The notes under the pieces are model-generated. The model was given only the letters and a program-made list of their open reading frames with translations, was not told the DNA's origin and searched no databases. A stretch of DNA of 64,000 bases from positions 64,001-128,000 of the IMG/VR virus record IMGVR_UViG_3300033066_000693; one strand, written 5' to 3'. Positions 1 to 9,300 of the stretch are shown here, one piece after another. Source of the DNA: a virus. Numbering within the stretch: the first letter of the stretch is position 1; every line of letters starts with the position of its first letter. The translations under genes were made by a program, and so were the position numbers.

Positions 1-45
1 CAACAGATTGCTGTATCTTGGGCCAACAGATTATAGCGGCGGGAA

Positions 46-1596
46 TCATGCCAAGATTGTATCGGCTTGCTCTTGAGCTTTCTGTCTAAAGTTATGAGAA
101 ACAGATATTCCCTTGATACATCTTATCTTGTATCCTAATCCTAATACCTCGTCTGACAGATTAGCCATGTTGTTGATAGGATCTTCAGAACTCAATACAA
201 GTTCCAATGCGCTATGAGGGAAAACATACATGCCGCCATACAAAGAACCTACTTCTGGCATATCAAGAATGTCGTCTGGTCTTGTTCGTAGGTCTGGGGC
301 TACTTGATAGTCCGTTCGAATAGCTCCATATGAAATGTCATTTTTCTTGTCCGCGAAATCCGTGCTTGCTGTACAAAAAACAGAGTCTTCATGGTTCATG
401 TATGCGGCTATGGATTTTTCAATGTAAAGCTTAGGAACCTTTACGTGCCCGTCTATCACAACGATAAGCTTGCCGCTTGACCGCTTGAAGGCGATTCCAA
501 GGGCTTCCATGTATGACTTGCCGCCGGGAACTATCCGAACTCCGTCGATTCTTGACAGCAGCTTCTTGTCATTCTCGCTCAAACAAAACTCTGACACGAT
601 AATCTCGTCAGGTCGAACGTTGCGCGGAATGATAGCTCTCAAAACTGCGTCATAGACTGTCACGGCTTTGTCGTCTGGGATAACGATAACTGTTATCTTA
701 GGAATCTCAACTTTCTTTGGGATTACTTCTTGAGCTTTAGCTGCAATCTCTGGATAACTTGTCAAAACTCTTCTAAGCAAACGACCATGCAAATCAGAAG
801 ATGATTGTTTCTCACATGACGCATGAGCATAGTTCATTGCTCGTACTCGTTGTACGTTTGTCAAGAATCTGGGGTTTAGACCTTCCTCTTTGCATATCGC
901 ATAAGGAAGATACTCGTCAAGCGTATACTTTGGAACATAACCGTTTATAACGGAATCAGGAAACTTCTCCCTAGCTGCTTTCTGTATCAAAAATAGATCA
1001 TGTTCGCTATTGATATTGGCTACATCAAGTATGGTTTGCGCATACTTACGGAAAAACTCAAGATTCGAGCCTCCAACAATGCTTGTTCTAAACACCTTTA
1101 TCTTGCTTGATGTAAGATGCTTATTCCAGCATTCTGGCAGGCCTTTGATGTTTCCAAATAGGTCAGGACGATGGAATATGGCTCTACTTGAAACTATCTT
1201 TTCTGGCAACAAATCAAACATCATCATAGACTCAAAGAGTATATCAGCTTTTGCCAACTCTTCTGGAATAGGATCGAATAGATAGGCGTCATAATCAACA
1301 TGCAAGAACGGTTCTGTCTGCATGCTTATCGCATAAGCTCGTCCTTGAGTAGTTAAGCGAGGATTAGTAGTTGATAGATCGTCCAACCCTGTATCTATGG
1401 AAGCGAAGTCTAAGCCTAGCGTATCAACAAGGAACTTAGCTCCTCTGGTATCTGTATAGAGGTGCGGTTTGCCATAAAGCTTAGTAACAGAAGCTACCGA
1501 CAAGAGCCATGATATATTCCACGACGCTTCATTGAACCAACGATTATGGATATTCTGAACATATGGTTCAGACCAAAATGACATAATAGGCTTCAT
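46..1596 (-). CDS. hypothetical protein, 516 aa; C-terminal half has a weak GT-A-like pattern (ITVIVIPDD...IVVIDGH)
   Basis: Long minus-strand ORF with an ATG start. The sequence AGGAATAACTG lies just upstream. It tiles tightly with the downstream gene. I recognise no confident domain. Confidence 0.4.
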   Translation of the reverse strand: MKPIMSFWSEPYVQNIHNRWFNEASWNISWLLSVASVTKLYGKPHLYTDTRGAKFLVDTLGLDFASIDTGLDDLSTTNPRLTTQGRAYAISMQTEPFLHVDYDAYLFDPIPEELAKADILFESMMMFDLLPEKIVSSRAIFHRPDLFGNIKGLPECWNKHLTSSKIKVFRTSIVGGSNLEFFRKYAQTILDVANINSEHDLFLIQKAAREKFPDSVINGYVPKYTLDEYLPYAICKEEGLNPRFLTNVQRVRAMNYAHASCEKQSSSDLHGRLLRRVLTSYPEIAAKAQEVIPKKVEIPKITVIVIPDDKAVTVYDAVLRAIIPRNVRPDEIIVSEFCLSENDKKLLSRIDGVRIVPGGKSYMEALGIAFKRSSGKLIVVIDGHVKVPKLYIEKSIAAYMNHEDSVFCTASTDFADKKNDISYGAIRTDYQVAPDLRTRPDDILDMPEVGSLYGGMYVFPHSALELVLSSEDPINNMANLSDEVLGLGYKIRCIKGISVSHNFRQKAQEQADTILA

Positions 1597-1605
1597 CAGT
1601 TATTC

Positions 1606-2982
1606 CTAAAGAGAACCAGTTCCTCCAAGTCCCTCAAATCCTCCTCCGGGGAAATGCATTGGATTTCCAATCGAAGTATCAAACGTTTTTGTATCAGTAA
1701 AAGTTCTTGTGGTGCTATTGCTATTGTGTACCAAAAACTCGTCTGCCAAGAACGTATTTACAGAACTGACTCCCAAGTTTGCAGTCTGTATTCTTTCGTC
1801 TACTCGTACAATGCTCTGAATAGGAATCTCTCCGCTAAGAGTCATTGCTATATATCCAACGATAAGATTTTCTGCTCGAACAAACTTCCATTCATCTTCA
1901 TCTGTCTTAACTAAGAATGGATGTTCAAAAGTAGCCTTAGTAGTACCATTGATCAAGTAGTAATATGGTTCTTCTCCCCTATGGACTTTATATACTTGTG
2001 CCGGGAAGAATGAAGAACCCTGTAGAGATAGCGCAGACCATTTCAAATAGGTCTTCTCTTCGTCTTCAGGAGGAAGGTCTGGTATGATTAGACCTACAAC
2101 GAGGTCGTCAACTGCGACTTCTTCGATAGGTTTACTTTTCCCGCTCGCCATTGTAACCATAGTTCCAAAAGCGAAACATCCGCCCGGGGGTGTAGGTGGG
2201 GGATTAGAAGGAGGTGGAGGCGGCGGAGGCGGTAGAGAAATGGGCGGCGGTGGGGGCGGTGGGGGCGGCGGGGGAGGCGGCGGGGGCGGCGGTGGCGGCG
2301 GTGGCGGCGGTGGCGGCGGTGGCGGTGGCGGCGGCGGGGGCGGCGGCGGGGGCGGCGGCGGCGGCGGCGGCGGTGCGCTTGGGGAAGGGGAAGGAGATGG
2401 CGAAGGAGACGAACTAGCAGAAGGGCTAGCCGAGGCCGGAGTACAATCTGTATCTAACTCATAACGATACGCCATCTTTGCATGAAGAACTGATAGGACA
2501 TTCAATGCATAAATAAGCTCATTGACCCTAGTACCAATAGCAATAGCAAAATCAACTACGTTATCAATACTTGCCGGGTCTGGCGACGGCGTAAAATCTA
2601 AACCATTAGGAACAACATTGCCTACCCCAACGATAGGAAGTCCATCATCAAAATGAAAGAATCCTAGATATACGTCGCAGTTAGGAAGCTTACCAAACTC
2701 CTCTAGAAGAGAACCTTCGGTAAGCTCTTTAATGGCGTCTTGAAAACGATCTATAGAATCAGATAGAGCAGACGGAGTTGTAGTATCGTATGATTCGATA
2801 TTGATGAATGCATTCTCTGGTATGTTGAAACCGATAGAAACGCCTGCTTGGCGCATTCTGATAGCTTCTGCTACCTGAGAGAAAATGGCATCAAAATCAG
2901 CAAACTGAAAAGTCTTCGGAGTATAACCCGAAAGCTTTTTGAAGCTGGTTACATATTGTGACAGTTCAAATGGGTCTGGCAT
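1606..2982 (-). CDS. Pro-rich protein: unknown N-terminal domain (~180 aa), SP repeats, a 44-residue polyproline tract, a 152-aa Hint/mini-intein domain (CFAFGTMV...TFEHPFLV...FLVHN|S) and a 38-aa Gly-rich C-terminal tail
   Basis: The translation shows Cys1-type block A (CFAFGTMVTMASGK), a block B TxxH motif (TFEHPF) and a terminal VHN followed by Ser. These are the hallmarks of a class-1 mini-intein/Hint domain. P44 is encoded by (CCG/CCC/CCA)n. Confidence 0.6.
   Translation of the reverse strand: MPDPFELSQYVTSFKKLSGYTPKTFQFADFDAIFSQVAEAIRMRQAGVSIGFNIPENAFINIESYDTTTPSALSDSIDRFQDAIKELTEGSLLEEFGKLPNCDVYLGFFHFDDGLPIVGVGNVVPNGLDFTPSPDPASIDNVVDFAIAIGTRVNELIYALNVLSVLHAKMAYRYELDTDCTPASASPSASSSPSPSPSPSPSAPPPPPPPPPPPPPPPPPPPPPPPPPPPPPPPPPPPPPPPPPPPPISLPPPPPPPPSNPPPTPPGGCFAFGTMVTMASGKSKPIEEVAVDDLVVGLIIPDLPPEDEEKTYLKWSALSLQGSSFFPAQVYKVHRGEEPYYYLINGTTKATFEHPFLVKTDEDEWKFVRAENLIVGYIAMTLSGEIPIQSIVRVDERIQTANLGVSSVNTFLADEFLVHNSNSTTRTFTDTKTFDTSIGNPMHFPGGGFEGLGGTGSL
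2242..2373. repeat. Imperfect (GGC/GGN)44 triplet tract on the plus strand, i.e. CCN44 on the coding strand; it encodes 44 consecutive prolines
   Basis: Directly visible as a ggcggcggtggcggcgg... run. Flanking Pro/Ser-Pro codons extend the G/C-rich region to about 2185-2400. Confidence 0.9.
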
Positions 2983-2999
2983 CTTTTAGTTCTTTCGGC

Positions 3000-5900
3000 T
3001 TATTGGTTCCAACTCGTGTAAGATCCACGACCTTGCAGCGCTGCTCTAGCTGCAATGTAGAGAAGCTTCTCATTGTTCGTTGAGTTAACCCCAACAACCG
3101 TTATCTTGGCTTGAGAGTTCTGCGCAAGAATAGAATCAACAGAAACATTGAAGTTCTGTTGCCATTCTGCCGTCGTGCTTCCGCAATCGCTGCAAGCTCC
3201 GTCTGATAGAATAACAACATTCTTCAAGTTGGTAAAGTTCTGAGGGATATTGGACAACGAGGCGTACAAGTTTGCCGTAGTAGAAGAAGCTATTAGATTC
3301 GTATTGACATAGTTGATAACTTCCGTAGCGTCTGAAACAGTACGAAGTTCCTTGGTAAACTGTCCAGTTGTATTGTTGTACCAACCTATTGTAATCTTGT
3401 CGCCATATCGAACATAGGTTCGTAGCATGCTTGCAAATGCAGCCTTTATTCTATCCAACTTAGGACCAGCCATAGAAGAACTAATCTGAACAAGGAAGTA
3501 CCAAGGCGCATCTCCTGCAAGGAATGGGAATGGAGAAATCCTTGAATCCTCTCCGTTCAAGCTTGTTGTACAACCAATCGGAGATCCTGTCGTTAGCTGA
3601 GGACCGCTGACAAGAACAGGATTACCAGTTGATTGATCTACTATAAACTGTTGTCCAGAAGGACTTGCAGCATATAGGATGTTAGAGCCAGTACCACCAA
3701 GAGGGTCTTGAGCAAAGTTAATAGTGAACATACCAGCCAAACCGCCTTGAGTGCCTACAAGCGTTGGAACTCCGAAGTTCGTATCTGCTTCTATACGCAC
3801 AGAATACAACGAGTTATCAATAATGCACAACGAGTCAGGACCGCTCTGAATAAATGCAAATCCTCCAATGCTGTTTATGGTTATGCCGTTAGGAGCAGCA
3901 GCATTAGCGTCTTGAGTTAGAGAAACTGTCAAGTTGTTGGAATTGTAATCTAACTGGAAATAGAATGCTTGTGCCGACGCTCCAACCTTCTTGCGGCTAC
4001 AGAACATCATGACCTTACCAGTATACCAATTGTATTCAATACTCTTGCGAATTCCGTCATTAGAAGACAATGGGAATACGCCTCCAAAGCTTGTTACATA
4101 ATCTACATTATCAATGAACTCTACAATATCTCCTAGAATAGCAGGAGTGCTTGAGCCGCTGCCGGGGAAGACTCTTCGAATGCCGTCTGTCGTTATGGCA
4201 AGCATGGAGTTATCAGTAGGAACCCATGTTATATCAAAGATCTCAATACCCGGAGCAATGCTTGTGTCTATGGTTCCTTTGTTCGCCAACTGGCTTGTTG
4301 CCAATCCAAAATCATAAGATACCAAGCTATAGCGACTTGCTCCAAGAGACGGAGAATCTAACAAGTACCACAAACGGGTTGGAGGGCTTTCGCTAGAATC
4401 TGGCGTCGATAGACCGGGGCTAGGAGCGGCCAAATCAAACAAGCAGCAACCTATCTGCGTATATACAGGCAAAATCGGGTATTGGAAGACATTGCTATTG
4501 AGACTTTCTGTTATGATAGGTGTATATGCGCCCGGATCAAGTCTTGTAGGAGCGATAGCAGAACAACTATCGTCAAACGGATCATATGCAGCCGTTTTAT
4601 AGAATCGGAAAGTACGACGGTTGTTCAAGTTTATAACGTCTTGATACGTATTGATATTGATGAGAGAAGAAGATAGGTTTGCCTTTGTAGGTCTGAAGAC
4701 AAAGTATCCGCCGGATTGAGTCTCGTCAAATGCTGGAACTGGAATGCTTACTGGAACATCGCAAACAACTGAGTTATCTGCATATGCGTATGTTATACTG
4801 CTGTTATTAGAAGCAGGAGCAGAAGATATTCCTGTATGGAACTCGTCTAGAATGGCATTGGTACTTCTATTGAGGATTTCCAAGTTAGCGTGCCACCATT
4901 TTCTGCGTATCTGCGATGCTCCCTCTTGAGGAGGAGGGGCGTCGTTGTATCCCCATGAGAATACCGCTCCATTGACGGCTACAGCACAATATGTTAGAGT
5001 TTCGTCTCCAACCGGCACTTCTCCTACATCATACTTATTGATTGTATTTGAAAGCTTCCAGCGAATGTAAATATCAAAACCGTCATTGTTCATTGCGGTA
5101 ATTTGAGCCTCATTCAGCGAAGTAATATCTAGAGCAATGGCTCTATCTCTTTCTCCTGAACGATATCTTTCAGCAAGTGTGGCAGACGAACTTGGAGGAA
5201 TCCAGTTGAAAGAGCCTATCTTGAAGTCTCGACAACTATAGTTATCATGATCAGACAGTCTGTAAAGAACTTCTCCGCTAGTGGCATTCTTGATGATTAC
5301 TTGATCAACAGAAACATAACCGCCAAAGACAAGCGTGCCATTTAGTTCTGCTGAATCTAGACATTCCACTCGACCTCTCCAAAGAACCCTGATTTCTTTG
5401 TTTCTTTGGTTGATAATAGAACCGATCTGTCCGTCTGCAAAATGGTACTTCAAGAACTCCGTAGTTCCCATAGTATCATTTGGAGAAGAACCCGGCGGAG
5501 CAGTAAGCATAGCGCTACAATCGCCAACTCCGCTTGTTGCAATCGTTGTATTAACAAGCAGCGCGTTGCTAGGAGAAGTCCATCCAACTTCTACGCCGCT
5601 TACAACTGGAACTCCTACAATAGATGCAGAAACAGCAGATACGCTATTTGCTGTTAATGGTATGGAGAAAAGACCCTTACGAGCAGGAGTATAGTAGATG
5701 TCAAGTTCAAACGAGTCAGTATATATAGTGTAAGGAACAGTAGAAGTAGGATATGCTGCAAATCTGAAACTTATACCTGTAAAGGTTGAAAAGGTATTGC
5801 AAAAAGTTCCTATATGCCGTCTATTACTACTTCCATAGTTCGCTGGATTAGAGCTATAGTAGAATGGAGAAAAATCAGTTCTGCCCGGAGGGGTGAATGA

Positions 5901-6386
5901 ACCTCCATAGTTTCCACCAGAAAAATCGTTATTTCCACCAGAAAACAGTGTAATGTAATCAGGACCACTGTGAGTAAAGCGACGGTCTAAAGCAAGCTGT
6001 TCATTACTAAAATCCGTAGGCACAGATCGGTCAGGCCATATGGATGTAGAAGGGTCATATCGCTCAAAACTTCCTATTCGTTGATTGGCGTCTCTAAAAA
6101 GAGCAACTTCATACGAACCCGTCCTAATATTAAGAGGATCAGCAATCTTATTTCCAATAAAGCGATATTTGAAACCGTCAATAACAGCATCATTTAGGCT
6201 AGAAGGGATGCTAAACTTCATTAGGCATGAGTCAGACCAATCATTTAGACCGTCTCTGAAATATACCGTAGCAGAACAGTATTGTCCGTTGGCGGTAAGC
6301 AAGTTTTGAGGATTATCCAATACAAAATCGTCAGGGGTTAGCCTGATTATAGAGCTTGGACGTAGATTGGCTAACACTAAACTCAT
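3000..6386 (-). CDS. Large Ser/Thr/Asn/Gly-rich putative virion structural protein (1128 aa) with a C-terminal vWA-like domain (FLVQISSSM ... ILSDGACSD ... ITVVGVN)
   Basis: Size and composition are typical of phage fiber/baseplate/adhesin proteins. The last ~170 aa show the beta-strand and MIDAS-like pattern of von Willebrand A domains, with Q replacing the first Asp. Confidence 0.45.
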   Translation of the reverse strand: MSLVLANLRPSSIIRLTPDDFVLDNPQNLLTANGQYCSATVYFRDGLNDWSDSCLMKFSIPSSLNDAVIDGFKYRFIGNKIADPLNIRTGSYEVALFRDANQRIGSFERYDPSTSIWPDRSVPTDFSNEQLALDRRFTHSGPDYITLFSGGNNDFSGGNYGGSFTPPGRTDFSPFYYSSNPANYGSSNRRHIGTFCNTFSTFTGISFRFAAYPTSTVPYTIYTDSFELDIYYTPARKGLFSIPLTANSVSAVSASIVGVPVVSGVEVGWTSPSNALLVNTTIATSGVGDCSAMLTAPPGSSPNDTMGTTEFLKYHFADGQIGSIINQRNKEIRVLWRGRVECLDSAELNGTLVFGGYVSVDQVIIKNATSGEVLYRLSDHDNYSCRDFKIGSFNWIPPSSSATLAERYRSGERDRAIALDITSLNEAQITAMNNDGFDIYIRWKLSNTINKYDVGEVPVGDETLTYCAVAVNGAVFSWGYNDAPPPQEGASQIRRKWWHANLEILNRSTNAILDEFHTGISSAPASNNSSITYAYADNSVVCDVPVSIPVPAFDETQSGGYFVFRPTKANLSSSLININTYQDVINLNNRRTFRFYKTAAYDPFDDSCSAIAPTRLDPGAYTPIITESLNSNVFQYPILPVYTQIGCCLFDLAAPSPGLSTPDSSESPPTRLWYLLDSPSLGASRYSLVSYDFGLATSQLANKGTIDTSIAPGIEIFDITWVPTDNSMLAITTDGIRRVFPGSGSSTPAILGDIVEFIDNVDYVTSFGGVFPLSSNDGIRKSIEYNWYTGKVMMFCSRKKVGASAQAFYFQLDYNSNNLTVSLTQDANAAAPNGITINSIGGFAFIQSGPDSLCIIDNSLYSVRIEADTNFGVPTLVGTQGGLAGMFTINFAQDPLGGTGSNILYAASPSGQQFIVDQSTGNPVLVSGPQLTTGSPIGCTTSLNGEDSRISPFPFLAGDAPWYFLVQISSSMAGPKLDRIKAAFASMLRTYVRYGDKITIGWYNNTTGQFTKELRTVSDATEVINYVNTNLIASSTTANLYASLSNIPQNFTNLKNVVILSDGACSDCGSTTAEWQQNFNVSVDSILAQNSQAKITVVGVNSTNNEKLLYIAARAALQGRGSYTSWNQ

Positions 6387-9300
6387 GACTCATCCTGATT
6401 GTAATAATAACGGTAGCACATCTTCATTTCAGGCGAAGAGAAAACGCCTTGGGGCAAGAGCATTCCAACTCCCACTATTACATCGTCTTGACGGAAACCA
6501 TTTGTCCAATTCTTGAAGGTATACCCAATGCCTACAACAACAATCTCATTTTCTCCGCAATCCTTGATCACATCTGTCGGCGGTATATAGAACTTTGGTC
6601 TTACCCATAGATATGAAGTCTCTGTTTGTAATAGAGACTGAATCTCAGATATATCGTCAATCGGATCTGGATTATTAGGAAGCAACAGGAATTCTTTATT
6701 GAGTCTGCGAATAAGAGGCAAGTTCAAAGAAATAGGCGTGCAGTTAGAAAATTCCATAGTGTCTAGCTGATTGCCAGTTGGGAAATAGAAGCTTTGGATC
6801 TCTGCGGTATACAAAGTCTTGAGCAACAACAATGCATTACCGTTCATGAACGTCGGAATATTGCCAACGCTTACTAGAACAGGAACATTCATGGAAATGT
6901 TGTTATTGATTGGCGTTGTTAGATTGTTGCAATCAATAAGAGTTTGATAAGCAATCTCAAGACGATTCTGGATAATTTCAGGACCGCTTGGCTTTGGAGG
7001 ATCAATCAAGTTCCAGAAGTAATCGCAGAGGCCTATATCATAGACGCAAGTAAAGTCATGGAATACGCTAACTCTTGCCGTTCCTTGAACGCCGCTAGTT
7101 CTGCCTGTAACCAAGAAATCAATATCTATTGAACATCCATTAAGAGAGTTCTCGTCATTTCTAGCAGCTATCAGATCTGCAAGATATTTCTTAACAGGAT
7201 ACTCTAAAGTTAGAACCCAAACCTGAGGATTTCCCGGTAGCGGTTTTATTGAAACTGCATTTCGTATCGCCGCTGGAAGGCTAGTGGATATAGTAAAGTC
7301 ATAACCCTCGTCGTCATTGAGTATAGTACGAGAATAAAGAGTTCCTAGATGCGATAGGGTTCCATTTCGATCTACTTCTAGAATAGCTTCCGGAGAAATC
7401 AAAACGTCCCATGATGCTCTATTATCTAGAACAAGTCCATATGCTCTACCAAGTCTAGATTTTGTCTGCGACTTGTTATTATTTGTGCGGTTGACGGCCA
7501 AGAAACCGAAATTGTCCAATGAACTTGGAGCATTCAATATCTGCAAATGGATAGATTCAAGCTCTGTAGTATCCTCAATAGTTACGTCAATGGTATTGGC
7601 ATTTACAGGCACGATAACTGCCGCCGGTACCCCTAAAGTTCCGCCTTCGTTCCAAACAGCAGTAAAACGAGGGTCTGTAGGCGCAAATGGATTAAGAGGA
7701 TAAGACGGAGAGCCATTGCTATATGTCGCCAAGCCAGAGTAATGCGAGGCTGTTGAAGTATAAGTGCTTGAGTTTAGAGTCTTTCTTGTTCTTACAAGCA
7801 AATAAACAACGTCTGCGTCTGTAACTCGGAAAGAAATAGGCGAAATGGAGTTTTGAACTGGCTCAAAGAACTGATTAGGAGCAGTATTAGGGAAGAATGT
7901 ACCGTTACGCTCGAATCCTCCAATAGCAACTTGGATTCCGCTTTCTTCTGTAGGCGGAATAGTTGTAGGAAGCGTTATATCGAAGCTCAAAGTTACGTCA
8001 GCAGTTGGAGTGCTTACTCCGGGCAAGACTTGAACCGAACCGCTGAAAACATGAGGCTGAGTACCCGTAGTTATTGTTTGAGAGTCTGTAAGTAGGTTTG
8101 CTGGGATAGCGTCAGAATGCTGCACAGTACCAGAGTCTATCGTAACAAGAACGCCTGCTCGACCCGGACCCCAATCTCTATCAATATTCTGCGCAAGCAA
8201 AGTAAGAGTAGGATTGGTTGAGAACGGATACGTTCTAATATACGGAACAAGAACTGATCCAGAAAGATTTACTATCGTTCCAGCAACATTGATAGGAGTA
8301 GAAAATGGGCTAAGTCCAGAGACATCCAAGCTTGCATAAATAGGGTCAAGCAGTTCGGCATGAAGAAGATCTCCGTGGGCTGCGTTTACATTTGTGTTAA
8401 CAAGCTCGGATATAGTAGTACCAGAAACAGTAGGTATTTGGAAGTTATGAGTCAAAGTAATAGGCTGATAATCGTCGGACGGGCTAGTAGCTCCATTTCC
8501 AAAACGCATCTCATTTACTTGACCAAACGGAGTAAAGCTAACATTTCCCGGCAACGTTGAGAACGACGGAGGAGTGGTATTTGGGAAAGTTGGCCCGCCA
8601 AGTCCATGAACATTTTGATGATATCCTAGATACGAAGAGTTTTCTGCTGCATAGTAAGAAACTACGTCAAACTCCAAACTTATAGACGGTATGCCAACAA
8701 ATGCCGGAAACTTAGATGTTGCAGAGCCGTCAACAATCGCTTGGAATGCAGTCGCAACATCTTCTACAGTTGTTGTAGTAGCCGTATTGAAAGACAACTC
8801 AGGAGAGGCAACTGAATCTGCTACATATTGTCCTTCATACAAACTAGATTGGAAGAAGTTTGTTTGCGCATAAATGGAGACCGGCGTTGAAACCGCTCCA
8901 AGGCTGGGATTATTGGCATTGCTAGTGTAAATAGTCTGAGTAGAAGAAGTTCCCGCTCCTGCCCTAGTAAACAAGACAGGGATAGCTGGCAGATTTTCCC
9001 AATCTGGCCACGGTCTAATGTTTCTAGGATCTCCAACAAGATATTGGGTAACTCCGTCCAGACCAAGAACTCTATCTCGATTCCAGTTTATATCAAGACC
9101 ATAGCTTCCGAATGTGTCAACAACCCAATCAAAAACTTCTTTGAGCGTAGTTCCGCCAACTCCCTCAACAAGTCTTTTTTCAAACCTACCATTGATAGCA
9201 GGAACCGTAATTCTTAGCGCTCTAGACTCGAACAAGCTAGAAAAGCCTACATACGTAACCGTATTCAAATATATGCACTTAGCATAGCGAAGATGATCAC

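Noticed and set aside
2185-2400. Repetitive GC-rich array considered as a CRISPR-like or satellite repeat
   Set aside because: The unit is 3 nt and in-frame coding (proline codons) with no spacers. It is not a CRISPR array.
2084-2464. Plus-strand ORFs encoding polyglycine/polyalanine (126 aa and 67 aa), antisense to the polyproline tract
   Set aside because: They are artefacts of the GC-only triplet repeat. The sense frame on the minus strand forms a coherent multi-domain protein with an intein, and there is no RBS or coding context on the plus strand.
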